A stretch of DNA of 63,473 nucleotides, counting the filler, from Choristocarpus tenellus KU-1152 (Eukaryota > Protista > Phaeophyceae), in assembly GCA_964200185.2 (NCBI GenBank). It is 7 parts of 7 records of this genome, joined end to end, with 100 filler letters (N's around TTAATTAATTAA, not from the genome) between each part and the next. Parts side by side here need not be neighbours in the genome. Positions count along the whole stretch, not along the records: positions 38,314 to 43,152 come from CAXNAD020012850.1; positions 43,253 to 58,771 come from CAXNAD020000981.1; 5 more parts are not named here. One strand, given 5' to 3'. Of this stretch, positions 38,314-51,602 are shown piece by piece. The notes below the pieces were generated by a model that was not told the origin of the DNA, did not search any database, and saw only the letters and a list, made by a program, of their open reading frames with translations. The position numbers and the translations under genes are program-made. Within the stretch, counting starts at the first letter, position 1, and every line of letters begins with the position of its first letter.

Positions 38314-40000
38314 CCCCCCCCCTCCCTCTTGTCCCATTGGCGTTGCTCCCATTACCGCCTCTCAACCCTTCCCCCCCCCCTCCCCCCCCCCCATCTGTTG
38401 GTTGCCGTAACGGCACGTGCATGCTGGAGTACGCACCTTGGATTTTGGTCGGGCATGACCCTGGGCTGGACCATGTGGGGGGCTGGTGGCTCACCGAAGA
38501 CGTTGATGGTGATGGACAGGCTGTGAGGGTCTGGTGAACATCATGCCCACATCACCAGAGGTATAGTGGGAGCGTACAAAGAATATTAAGGGGCGTAGTG
38601 AGATGTTGAAGAGGTAAAAAAGGGAAAAGAGCAGGGAGGGGGGGGAGGGGGGGCTGTAGGAAGAGGAAGCGGAGAATCGTTTTCCATTCTTCCCAACCGC
38701 ACATCCTTGTGCAGTGTCCTCCTTGACACCAAGGAACACAAACACGCTTTCAAACTCAGAACAAAAATAGATCGTTTGTACCGGTGTGGAGGGCTTCAAT
38801 CAAACACTTCAGATTCGTACACTCACTAAGCCGATCCTCAACAAACAAAACAAAACAAAATCGGTTCAAAAAACTCAATGCAGCACTTTCCTTACTTTAA
38901 ACGATACTTTGGAGTATCAACTTAGGGTTAGGACCAACAAAAACAGGCCCAACGATCAAAATGACCAGAGCAGAAGCATTCGACGAGCACCCTTGAGGAA
39001 AGATGTGTGGGAGACCTAGGACTGAGGTTTGGGAGTGTCGATTCCTCTAAAATAAACAAGGTTTTCGAAGGAATCTTGCAGTAATTGTGCTCTCTTATCT
39101 CTCTGATATTATATCTGTTTTAACAAAAAGTCCCCTGCAGGCACCAGCTCAGCACCCTTTGATGCCAACCATCTCACATAGATTTCAAGTACAACAATAC
39201 AACATCAGTGTATTTCAGACCTCCCATGGCATGTCAGCAGTCACATTACATCAAGACTGAAACAGGTATCACCTCAGTGAACTTCAATTAGGGCTTTTAC
39301 CTATATTGAAACGCCTTCCAACTTCCCACACTCCAGACTTTGCACGCGTAAGGCAACACTTTCTTCTTAAACAAAACAAAAACCATCTACATTCTTAGGT
39401 GAGAGGAGGTGGGGGCTGTGTTCCAAAACCGTAATCTGTAACCTCTTTGTTCCCTTCAAGACGCAGCTTGAAGAACACATCCTTGTACTGCCAACGCCTC
39501 ACCCTCCCATAGGAACAACCAGACAATAACATAAGACTGCACATTATAATCAGACAACAAGTAACACCCATCGCTTGGCACAGAAGTCATCTGCCACCAC
39601 TTATCAAGTAGACTAGTGATTGCAGAGGTGATAAAGAGACACACATGATGCAACATCAAAACGAGCTCCTCAGCCCCAGAGGGGAAGGGGGAGGGGGGTA
39701 AAGGGCGCACAAGGAGAGGGGGGAGAAACCCCCCCTAAGTCAATGTGCCGAATTGTCTCTGTCCAAGACCACGGTTGAGTAAGGATCTTCCCAGTTACAT
39801 TGGTAACCTGAATCAGTACCTCGCAGACATAGGGATCCATTCCCCCCATAAAAACAAGTCAACTTTATTGTTATTCATAGCATTCAATAGCGGTAACCAC
39901 ATGAACCATATTGAAGACAAACAACACTTAAACGGTGCGGATTCGCTGAGATGTATCTATCTCCCATGGTAGTGAACAGCAGTTGCACACTAGAGTGCTC

Positions 40001-40156
40001 TATTACTACAAATATTACTACAAATATTATTACAAATATTACTACAAATATTACTACAAATATTACTACAAATATTACTACAAATATTACTACAAATATT
40101 ACTACAAATATTACTACAAATATTACTACAAATATTACTACAAATATTACTACAAA
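40001..40156. repeat. 12-bp minisatellite (TATTACTACAAA)x13
   Basis: Read directly; it explains the ITTN pseudo-ORF. Confidence 0.95.
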
Positions 40157-40977
40157 TAGAATCGAAGCACTATCTGAGCACTGTAAACAAACCTCCCCCT
40201 ACAATTAATTCAAACTTACCCTAACCCTAACCCTAACCCTCAAAACAGGTGAAAAAAGCAAAAAAACAATCAAAAGCAATGCCTCACAGCACAGGAGAAA
40301 CTACCTCCCTTAGACCCATTCCAAACAACACCAAATACTTCCCACTATTACGCATATACCTACCTCTACTCTTACAAGAAAAAAAAAAAACTTTGAAGAA
40401 ATAACAATTAACGGCAAATGGCATTTCAATGTTCTACCTTTTTTTCTCATTCTTCGTGCTGCTGCACCCAAACCAAATACTTCTTTTTTGAAAATATATA
40501 TATTTTTCTTCAAAGAGGCAATGTCGAAACATTGACTAGATCTTTTTTTCCTCTCTTATCTCTCTCTCTCTTAACTCCTCTTTAAGCACTCTTTCAGATG
40601 ATTAAATTACATTCTTATTTCTTAGCATATACGTAAGGCATATTACCACCATGGCAATGACAACAAACAATTCAATAAAAAAAAAAACATGTTGTCATGT
40701 TGTCAGGGATGAAATCACTCTCCTCTGCTCTTAACCTCGATAAGAACTGTAACAAGGAGACACACACCCCCTGTCATTTGGAACAGACATTACTCCCCGA
40801 AACCCAGAACACCCCCTTCCCCCTAATCTTTGCACCCAACCCACCTCTTCAACACCTCTCTCGCTCACACTGCTCAAACTATTTACAGACATTCCAGATC
40901 CATCCACCCCCACACTTGCCCCTGGACCCCCAGCCTTATCAAGCAACTTCTCAGAAGACTTGTATCGCTGTGGCATA

Positions 40978-41986
40978 CCCTTGGGAACATCTTGCCGAGC
41001 CGGGCCTCCGTGGAGCAGAGACCCAGCCAGCTCATCATGCTCCCACCTGAGTCAGTGCGAGGATAGGTGGATGGGCAGGCGGTGGATGGGCAAATGAATA
41101 AAATAAATAAAGTCGTGCGTGGACATACTGAAGCAGACACAGTCAGAGGGGGGAATGAGTCAGACACTTACAAGCAGCAGTCGCATGGAACGGTCATCCA
41201 ATGGTGAGCACCTCAAAGACCCCACCACCTCCATCCCTTCGAGAAAACAAGTCGGTGTCGCAGAAGCTAATGTATACGGAGACTTACTTCTACAAATACG
41301 TGCTGACTCTATCAACCGTTCCCTCAGGTGGAGAGCTGGAAGAGAGAGCAGGTGAGCTTCCTCACCTATACAGAGCCAGCCAGCCTCCCTTCCTCAAAAT
41401 CTCTCACTATCACTCTCCCATGACACCACCAGCCCAAAAGTACCAAGACTGTACCTGGAACACTCCTGTCTCAACACCCTCAAAGAAATTTCCCACACAT
41501 CCTATTAACAACCCCGCACAGTATCCCGTTACGGCGAACCCAACCAATAGCAGTACCAACGTATCATCTCCCACGCAACAGTCAGTCCGAGCATATCTGC
41601 CTCCCCTACAACACTGCCCCCGCCCAACAGCAGGCGTCTCAAGCACATACATGCACAGTCGCGTGTCCTCCCCCACAGAGGTAAACCTGTACCGAGGTCG
41701 TACACTTGTCCAGCAGTCAAAGCTAACCCCCGTCACCCACGAGCTATGCCCCTCGCCCCTAAGCACACAGGTCCTGGTCTCTACACACCAGAGGGTAACG
41801 GCATCATCCTGCACCGCCAAGCACACACAAATACAGATAGTAAGTAGTGCAGTGGCCGTTGCCATGGCGGAGAAAACAAGCAGGCAGACACAAAAATAGG
41901 TGCGTGTTGTGTCTGTGGATAAGAGTATTATCGGTTGTCAGGATGAGGTTTGGGGGGGGGAGAGGGGGGGGGGGGGGGGGGGGGGT

Positions 41987-42017
<31 letters not shown>

Positions 42018-42808
42018 AATTCATTAACATTTTGTTACAGTAGTAATCTGTATTTGTGAAATCAAGTATTGAGTGAGATATATCGTTCCATTACCGCTAC
42101 GTGAACAATGGAGTCACTACTAATCACTACTAGTCACTATTAGTTGCTATTAGTTGCTATTAGTCACTATTAGTCACTATCTTTGAGTCACTATTAGTTG
42201 CTATTAGTCACCATCTTCCCGTCCCTCCTCCTCCGCCCTCAGAAAAACAATGACAACACCGGAATAAAAAATAAAAATAAACATGTGGAATAAAAATAAA
42301 CATGTGGAGAAGCCACACCTTACGTCAACAGTCACAAATAAAAATAATTCAAGGGGATGTGCACAGATACTTCTCTAATGAAAAGTGTGCATCTCTCTTA
42401 AGACGGATGGGGAAGGGGTTATTCCTGTGCAATCCATTTCCACAGTGGATTGACAGGGGGTATCTTCTGAAGCCACAGCCCAAAAGAACAATATATATAT
42501 ATATGTATTATGTACCAGACAGCACACTCAATGCAACACACAACCCAAAAAAGAATTTCACACCAAGAAAATACAATGGACTTACCTCACACACAATACC
42601 CTCTCCCCTCCCCTCCCCTCCCCCTCCCCAAAGGCCTTCCCCTTCCCCTTTCCCGATCCCCACCACTAGCATCTTCTCAGACTCTCACCTCCCCACCAGT
42701 GACAATGTATCGACCGTCTGGACTCCAATCAAGACAAAGAATACCTCCAAACCACGTCCTGAAAGATGCAACCAATGCCTGCTCATCATAGTCCACTACC
42801 CTCAGCAC
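40978..42808 (-). CDS. WDR20: WD40 protein of the WDR20/DMWD/CreC family, internal exons
   Basis: Exons 42689-~42808, 41651-41808 and ~40978-41046 splice to [63 protein letters not shown]..QDVPK, the WDR20/CreC signature. Confidence 0.85.
42111..42212. repeat. 10-bp degenerate tandem repeat (TAGTCACTAT/TAGTTGCTAT)
   Basis: Read directly; intronic. Confidence 0.85.
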
Positions 42809-43082
42809 CTAAGTTAGGGTAAAGAGCAGAAATCATGGTGAGACTTGGCGGGACCATCAGTACAGTATGAGGTGGCGAAATGTGGGGATGGGGGATGGGG
42901 GATGGGGCAGGGGGGAATTTTGAACCAAAAAGGTATGATTGTTCACTCTACGCAGTTTCCACCTACATGGGTTAAGGGGGTAGTGCATATATATGGTTCT
43001 TCCCCCCTGCCTCCCCATCCGAAAAACAAAACACCCTGCACATTGGTGGTCCTATGCATACCCAGTTTAACACCCCTATCCC

Positions 43083-43143
<61 letters not shown>

Positions 43144-43152
43144 ACCCCCCCC

Positions 43153-43252
43153 NNNNNNNNNNNNNNNNNNNNNNNNNNNNNNNNNNNNNNNNNNNNTTAA
43201 TTAATTAANNNNNNNNNNNNNNNNNNNNNNNNNNNNNNNNNNNNNNNNNNNN
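43153..43252. other. Artificial contig linker
   Basis: N44-TTAATTAATTAA-N44. Confidence 0.97.
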
Positions 43253-43411
43253 GGGGGGTCTACACCAGGGTGTCCATTTGGGCCATGAGCAGGAAAGGTG
43301 CACTTACATTATCCATCCGATGTATGCAACCAAGTAACACAAAATTGCGACATGAAAAAAATGACCCCAAGTGGACATCCACCACCTCCCCCCCCTCAGA
43401 TACTTTGAGCC
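43253..43411. mobile_element. Type-A MITE, reverse orientation, at the contig start
   Basis: GGGGGGTCTACACCAGGGTGTCCATTT..CCCTCAGATACTTTGAGCC is the reverse complement of the 10759 and 35134 copies. Confidence 0.83.
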
Positions 43412-45435
43412 TCAGAGGTTCACAAGTAGCGTCCTTGGTTCCAAGAGTTTTCCATTTTTAGCACCCCAACAATCTCTGTAACAACATTAATTTGACGTAC
43501 AGAAGAAAAAGTGTTTTGTGCTTGTGTGCACATTTCCGCCAAGTTCCGAGACTCCTGTCTTTATGTGGTCGTACCCCTAATCATATTCCCAATATAAATG
43601 CCTCACTAATAACTTAAGGCTGAAACTATGCATTTGTCATAATTCTTGGTCTGATAGTGTACGTTTTAGTCAGACATACATTTTTCTGTTCTTTTCTTCT
43701 CTCTCTTTGTACTGCCTTTCTGGCTGGGTCTAAGCATCTTGCAAGTACATTGCTTTTCCTCTATGGCAATATGCCAATTTTTCAGGCATCCTTCATTATG
43801 CATAAAGCAAATACGAGATAGTCAACCACTTCACTGCAGAAACGATCCTTCAAATAGCCCCAACCCCCACATACCATATCAAATGATACCCTCGATATAT
43901 ATTGTTTGAAGAACTCGAGTTTGAAACGAGATCCTCTTTGGAGATCATTTTTTCGATTTTATCTATGGTTTCAGTCAGGAGTTAGAACGAACGGGATGTA
44001 GCACAGTCTTTTTGAACAAATGATTTGACAGATTTCGGTTGGGGATGAAAGTAATCTGACCAACAGGTTTTGTCTAACAACAATCGTTTCAATAGGATCT
44101 CTTAAATGGCGGTACAGTACACATGCTCACAAAAGAAGCCCTGGAGGGTTTATGCAGAGTACTTCCACTTCTGGAGGAACAATCGTTACATGATACTGTT
44201 CCTCGACCCCTAGTATATTTGGCGTAAAGCAGAATTTCCCGCATTAGTTCGCATCCTGCCTCAGAAAGACCCAGCTTAAGCAAATAATTAACAGTTGGGA
44301 ACCACATCCAACAGGTGTAGCAGAAGGTCTTAGGCAATTTGAATTCTACTTAGAGCAAATTCGTACAAGATGTGATGATGAGTGTGTTGGTTTGAAGCCT
44401 TTTGATAAACTCAAGCCGAAATGTATCTCACAAATATCAACGAAATCCATCTCACATATCTATGTTTGGGGCACACAGGCAAGATCATATCTAACGCATT
44501 GTTGACCCGTAATATCTTAGAGGGGGGGGTGTTTAGCAGATGTTTTCCATTTGAGGCTTGACGGGGTGCTGGAAGATAGCCAAGTTTGAGACCTGTTTTA
44601 CGAGTGATTTCGTTCGGATTTGGTTCAGGTAGAGGAATGGAAAAATAAGGTGTCTTCAGATGGAATAAATTGCCCTTACATCTGACACGTTCACTCATAT
44701 GACATAGAAATTACTATTGGTTTACACAGGCCCCGAATGGACACCTGAATCCCCCTCTAGGATACTATGAGTCTGTTTGCTTCTTCAAATTTTCCATCTT
44801 GTTTTGAAGGATAGAAATAATAGAAAGGATAGTAAACTTAGAAATCAGAGAGAGTCTAATTCCAGCAGGATAACTATTAAATAATGATATAGAAGGGACT
44901 TGTTGGGGTATTTTGAGGTATGTTCCTATCTCCAAATTAGTACTATTGAGTAATGAACTAGTGCGTCAGGAATCCTCTATGTCTTGTTCTGATCTGCTGC
45001 AGCAAAATCTGAAGGTGATTGAAGTTGGCATGATTTTGTTTTTTTACTGCAGAGGACTATGGGGTATTGATGCCTTGAATAACTTGCTCAAAATAAAACG
45101 CCATGACGTAATTCCAACACTTGGTTGCAAGTCCATCGTGTTATATATTTTTTGGCTAACCCCTAGACCTCGATCCATCAAATATTCGAATTATCTGCAA
45201 TATAGTATCGTAGAGGGGGGTGTGTTGAGGAAATCGCCCTGGGAGAAGATTTTCTACCAATCCACTGCCCTTCCTCATTGGAATAATTCATGAGTATCTT
45301 CTGTGTTTCCTACTATCTAACCAAGTGATAATTTCGTGACACCCCAAACCTCACCAACATTCCCTTCAATCAGATCAAGAGAGGAGAAAGGGTATGGCGT
45401 TGGTTTTTCCCATTGCCGAAGGTTTTCTCCTACAG

Positions 45436-48400
45436 AATCGTGCACCCCAATTGAGAGCAACTATGGGAGAGTCAAGATCGTGCACTTTGTCCGAGACCCT
45501 TTTGATATCATTCTATCAGGTGTGAAGGGAGAAGTGTCATTTGTCCTACCGAAGACCATATCCCATTCATTGACATAACCGCCTTGAGGAATTCTTTCTC
45601 TTTGGGTCAAAGTATCTGGGGGGGGGTGCCGGCGTCCGTTTTTGACCCTTCCCTGCACACTAAAATATGTTCAGTATAGCAAAGATATTCTTCTCACTTC
45701 GTAAGACCATTAATGGTTGTTTTCTGTACGCATGATCAACCTACACAGTCAAGTTTTGTTGTGGAGGTTCCTCTGTTCCACGAATTATGGTACAGAAAAG
45801 GTTCACATTGCCTCCCCACCCATAGAACACCAGACGGCCTACAACATTCTTTTTGCTTCCAACATTTTTTCTTGCGTAGTGTTCGCCACATATAGTTAGG
45901 TAAGATACTGTTTCAGGTTTTGGCCGAGCAATGATTTGTTGTGTTCGAGAGAAACCAAGAGCACTAAAGACCAGTCTGAATATTGGACAGATTATTGTGT
46001 CTATTAATCACCAACATATAGTTGTAAGGGTTATACGTGATTGCCACACTACATGATGTTAATATTCTTTTAATGTTCAGAATCAACTTAAGATGATTTC
46101 CCCCTCACGCCTCCATGCCCACCTCTTTGACTTTTTCTGTTGTCTATTCCTCATCTCAACCAATGCAACACACCAATGCCCTCCTTTTTGCAGCATACAA
46201 CTACCATTTGAGAGGAGCAGAACAGTGGGAGAAGGTACCTGGTTGGCATAATTCATCTTTGCCAGGTAACTGAAGAAAGGCTCTACAGTAGAAACGTAAT
46301 AGAGTTCTGGACTGTACTATAATTAGGGTATCAAATATTCGGGATGTTGGGATCTAGAGAACAGAGTTAACCCTAATCCTAACCCTAACCCTAACCCTAA
46401 GCAAGTATTGATTGCAAGAGTACCCCAGAATTATTGTCATAGCTCTTTTGGGTGATGCCGAAACTTTTCACCTGTTACAAATAGACAACTGGCAAGAGGC
46501 AGAACATCCTTGGGGGAGTTCTTGTCCATATCTGGACATCAGCCAACTTGCTTGAATACACATGAGCTCTTGTATACATTCGTTGGCATACACCGATAGG
46601 TGCTCGAATAGGTGCTCGAATTAGGTTTAGTTTTGTTACGAAATACTTGTAGCCTATTTTAAACTTAGTATTGTACTACTGATTTTTAGATACTGAATCA
46701 ACTCTAGCAGATAGTAGCTTTAAATATTTCTTATTCAATGAAAATGATACTGGAATTGCACAGACTAAAAAATCGACAGGAGGAGTTGGAACACATGAAA
46801 GTAGACCTAACAAACTTACCATCTTACCCTAATATTTTACATCGTTATTATTATTATTTTAATTAAACGAAATAACCTATAACCTAATTCTTTCTTAATA
46901 ACATTTTTTGAGCAGCACTTTGACGAAGGGATATAGACCAGTTCCCGCCTCCAGGTTGCGCTATATTTTCCTGACTGTTAATGACATGTCATGTAGAGAC
47001 TTCCTATTCACGGTAACAATAGAACACAATTGAGCTTGGTCTTGTCAGTATTATAGTTTATATCGTGAGTGAAAAAGATCAAAAAATCAACTGAGGACGG
47101 GGAAGGAGTGTATGTGAAGTAGTGGTATCGGGTAAAGTTGTCTTGGCTGCTCCTTTCGTATGGTTGAAAGAAACATGGGGTCAGGTAAGAATCAAAACAA
47201 TCCAATGATGCAAGGATCAAGCCTTGAAGTAAGGGGTTTTCAACCTGGCGAATACACAGAGAGACTCATATATGTGAAGGGTCTAAGTATCCTAGAGGGC
47301 GGGTCAGGCCTCCATTGGGTGCCTGTGGGACCCTGTAGTGATTTATATGTCATTTGAGTAAATGCGTTGGATGTAAGGACCATTTTCTTTATCTGAGCGC
47401 AAATTTCTTTTCCATCCCCTAGCCTGAAGTAAATTCGAAGAAAAATCACCTGCAAAATGGGTATCAAACTGGGGTATCTTACAAAACCTCATCAAGCCCT
47501 GAGCAGACATCCTGGGCAAAACTACTCCCCTCTCGTAGATTATAGGGTCCACCATGGTTGCACACCCCAGCAAAACTATCTTGACTATTATTGAGGATTT
47601 TGACAACCTTCACAATCTCCAACAGAAGGAAGTCTATTGAAGGTTTTTGTTCATGGAACTTCCCCTCTCGTGCCCTCTGCCACCTCTTGATGTGCAAACT
47701 TCCAGGTTTTGTCGGGCCTTCGCTTCATGGCATGTCCTACACCAATATTTTAAGAGGACTAAACACAACTGACGGCATAAAAGTGAGTTGGATGTACAAT
47801 TATCGACTGAGGGGCAAATCTTGAATGAGGAAGCACTGGTGTGACTTCTAAATTGGAATTCAGAGGATCTCTCTAACATTATTTTGTACATATTCTCTTA
47901 ACCAAGTTCTTACATTAATTTGTTTTGTCACTTTTCACAGCCTTCATGATTTGTGCTAGATCATGCCCATATCACTATTTTTGCACTGCTACCGTGTTTG
48001 GCCTTGTGAGCTTGCCTTAAAGTGCTGTTAGATGTTTTTGGATTAATACTGTGTGTAGCTGTTTGAGCATTCCCCTCACCCTCATAGAATCAGCCTCTTG
48101 TAAATTTCACATTCAAATTATAGTGATCAGCTGTTTGAGTCCATAGTATCGCCAGCAGAACATTAGAGAAATTCCCATAGCAACACAGTAGCATAGCAAC
48201 ATTCGCCTCCAATGGCACATGCCAATACTCAACTCACTCCGTACAGTGAGCATCACCCACTGAAGTGCCTCCGTTATTTATTTGGCCATGTGTCTGACGC
48301 CAATAGCTCGAGGCTCAACGCATGGAGCCCCAAATCCGTCGCATGGTCACATCATATTGCCAACTAAGGGAAAAGGATGACATCTATCTCCCAGTCAAGT

Positions 48401-50213
48401 AAGTATTCCGTGGAAACTACTGCTCGGTACATCAACCCCCAAGAAATATTTTGTGTTAAAGGCTTAGTATGTTGTAATTCTAATCTCGTGTATTTTGGTA
48501 GTAGCCTCAGATAGAGGTCAATCACGTAGACCCTGGGAGTTCATTACATGGGCAACATATATGTTGTCCATTTGGCGAAGTGATCACATATACCCACTGC
48601 TTGGTACATGAACCCCCAAGAAATATTCTGTGTTATAGGCTCAATATGTTGTAATTTTAATATTGTGTATTTGCTATAGCCTCAGATAGAGGTCAATCAC
48701 GTAGACACTGGGAGTTCATTACATGGGCAACATATATGTTGCAAATTTACGAACTGATCAAATACATCCATCTCCTAGTATGTACCGAATTGTTGTACAG
48801 TTCACCTCAGGCAAGAAAAGGTCTATTACAAGACCATGAGCCACCAGACACTGCCAGGGAGACAAAATCAGTCAGACCTGGTTCTTTCTACTAATGTGCC
48901 CAAAACGTGAGAGGAAAGGGCGTTAGGGATTATGACAAATAGACACAAAATGGAGTCAACAACTGGATAATATTTCCTGCAACAAAATTCAAAAACTGAA
49001 AGGCATTGGACGTAGCAGCTTCTATTTTTTTCTTGAAAGGAAATGAAGGGCTGAATGGTCTGTTGCTCTCTCAATGATCTAGAAATATTAGCAATAAACG
49101 AAACGAATACATACACTTCTGTCGGTGCTGTCCAAAAGGTCGCGATCCATCCAACTCATCCAATGGTGTAAATGTTTCCGAGTAGATCTTTTGTCGTTAG
49201 GAAAGGGAAGATGAAACAAGGACTACAATTGTGATCTCCACTTGTAGTGCGATGTTAAGCTACTACCTATTGGGTGGCTGTGTCTGGAGATCTCTTTAAT
49301 AGACATAAACGCTCCATGAATATTCTTTGAAGGGTAATGAGAAGTGTACCTACTCAACCTTATTGTTGAATATTTTGGCAGCCATTGTAAGTGGCACCTG
49401 TACCCTTGTACACCTTTTTGCACACTTCAATGAATGTAGCTAAGTAATAATTCTTTTTTGTCGTAATGCTGGACTGCAGTAACTAAAAGGGGGTAGGAAT
49501 AGCCTTGTATTCATTGTAGGAGGTTTACTGAACGAAGAACAGCACTACGTCATTCTAGTCAAGTTTGACAAGCCTTCCTCCTTATCCCTCATCAAGGAAC
49601 GACAAATGCTTGGAAATCTTCCTATTAACCCTCAAAATGCATTGCTGTATAGGTGGATACCCTGGAATACTTTCTTTGAGACCATTTGAAGCAGTATTCT
49701 CTTTCCTGACATTAGACTATCCAAGGAGAAAATTTACCCTGCAGCTCTGTAGACAATGTCGAAATGAACGACAAAGCCTCGGAACAATATATTTTTTGAA
49801 ACTATCATTAAATGGAACACATTGCTACCCCCTTGCATTGCATATATCTCTGTGATATGTACATTCTTACAAACACATATCGATCAGGCATAGTCACACA
49901 AAGGCAATGATATCAGTATGCACACACGTACATATTCACGGGTGAAGATGTATATCCTTTTTTCAGGTTTGCAGACTTTCTCGGAGACGAGGGAATTGCA
50001 CGTTCGTGCCAACTTCTTCATTTCATTGGCATGCGTGAGGAGCATGCATCAAACCTTGTTGCTAACTTGTATCCTTATGACGAATCTGGGGTGCGTAGGA
50101 TGAACCTTGATGGCTCTAGCACTCCTACTAGACACGTCACAGCTGGTACTTTCGACAAAAAGACTCAACTTAGATTGCTACGACAGTTGGGAACTTTCCA
50201 CCAGATGTTGGAG
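45436..50213 (+). CDS. PAPS-dependent sulfotransferase-family protein, partial model
   Basis: Exons 45436-45519, 46194-46265, 47706-47782 and 49967-50213. KIVHFVRDPFDIILSAYNYH is the 3'-phosphate-binding R-x7-S motif; then GMSYTNILRGLNTTDGIK and LLHFIG..RHVTAG. The 5'-PSB loop exon and at least one middle exon were not resolved. Confidence 0.68.
45604..45648. mobile_element. Truncated type-B MITE arm
   Basis: GGGTCAAAGTATCTGGGGGGGGG..CCGGCGTCCGTTTT matches the left arm of 58079. Confidence 0.7.
48419..48770. repeat. Diverged tandem duplication, ~177-bp unit x2
   Basis: GGTACAT..CCCCAAGAAATATT..TAGCCTCAGATAGAGGTCAATCACGTAGAC..GGGAGTTCATTACATGGGCAACATATATGTTG occurs twice head-to-tail. Confidence 0.88.
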
Positions 50214-51221
50214 GTGAGATGCCTTAAACTGTATCGCTTTGCCCTTTGTACACTTTTAGTGTTCTTTTCCGGGCCATACATAGGAATCGTTTAGTTCGAA
50301 CTTGTCTCTGAGAATAAGTAGGAGGACATTGAATTTTCTGAAGTTCTTCCTGTACTTGGGAGGGGACACGTTTGAGGTTTCTTACCACAATGGATACGAA
50401 CTATTTCGTTTCAGCGATGAAGTTGCTGGTAAGGGCTGAGATCAGTGTTTGCCTTGCAAGCTCAGACTTTTTGTCTCGTCTGCAAGCGTCTCTGGATGAA
50501 TGTGCAGTTCTAAGACGTTTGAGCTCTAGGAATTAAGGTGGCGTTTTCCCCATACAGTTTAGTCCTACTCTTTCCAATATGATCAATTGTAGAGCTCATG
50601 GGCTCGATGAACTACATCTCTAAATTTGGCACCAAGGCTCGATCACTGGCATAAGGGATGGGTTGCCCAGGCTTGTTTGTCACAACCAATCTACATGCAT
50701 TTCATGTAGAGGCCATTTTGAGCAGTTACATAGTCCGTATTAAAGAAATTGAAGTCTGTCAACACTCTTGTAGCGGAGATAATCGTCCTTTCAAATGACT
50801 CATGCACTGAATGAAGTATGGCCTACAAAACCGCGTGATATTTTTGTTGTGAGTAGTGTTGACTTGTTGTGTCAGCACTGATCTGTATAAGTCGGATGAG
50901 AACCTGCTTTGAGATATAGTAGGTGCTTTCGAACTACTCAGAAACTCTGTTTGCACTGTTACTGTTCCTGAGATATTAGTTCCTGCGATCAACCACGGGA
51001 AAAACTAATTGTGGTCTACAAATAGGTCCATCTCTAAATGTATTTTCATCCAGGACGTTAGAAAAATCCAAATTCAGAAGTATTTCAGTACACTCAGAAA
51101 GGACTTTGTCTTAAACATTACCCATCTTTGAAGGACCTTCCCATTTGCACTTTTGGTAATACAAAATCATAGTTCATCCAGCTCCATAAAACTATACCCT
51201 GTTGAGTGATTTACAGACGTA

Positions 51222-51602
51222 GTGTCAAATTATAATTATAGTATGAGACGTTATATTATTGCCCAGAATTTGAAAGTGGAAAGTTGTATAAGATTTCATA
51301 CATTACCAGGAGAAGAAGCACAGGTTGACTTTGGAGACATTGGTAAAAAATATGATACTCAAGGTAATCAAAGAAAGTCTTATATATTTAACATGAGGCT
51401 ATCTCATTCTAGATTAGATTATTATGAAATAGTTTTTGATCAGAAAGTAGAAACTTGGCTTAAATGCCATATAAATGCTTTTGAGTTTTTTGGTGGAGTA
51501 CCAGAATATGTAAAACTAGATAATCTGAAAGCAGGAATATTAAAAGTAGGATTTTATGAATCTACCTATCAAAGAGAATATAAGAGATTAGCTGATCATT
51601 AT
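51222..51602 (+). mobile_element. istA: Fragment of a bacterial IS21-family transposase (IstA integrase core)
   Basis: Uninterrupted frame RFHTLPGEEAQVDFG..YIFNMRLSHSR..DQKVETWLKCHINAFEFFGGVPEYVKLDNLKAG..EYKRLADHY, the IstA signature with both catalytic Asp. It stops before the Glu region. Hand count gives 108/360 GC (30%) over 51241-51600. Confidence 0.9.

Noticed and set aside
39951-40208. ORF with ITTN repeats, mucin-like
   Set aside because: It is a pure 12-bp minisatellite with no splice or start context.
41201-41899. 232-aa plus-strand ORF
   Set aside because: It is an antisense shadow of a WDR20 exon and its introns.
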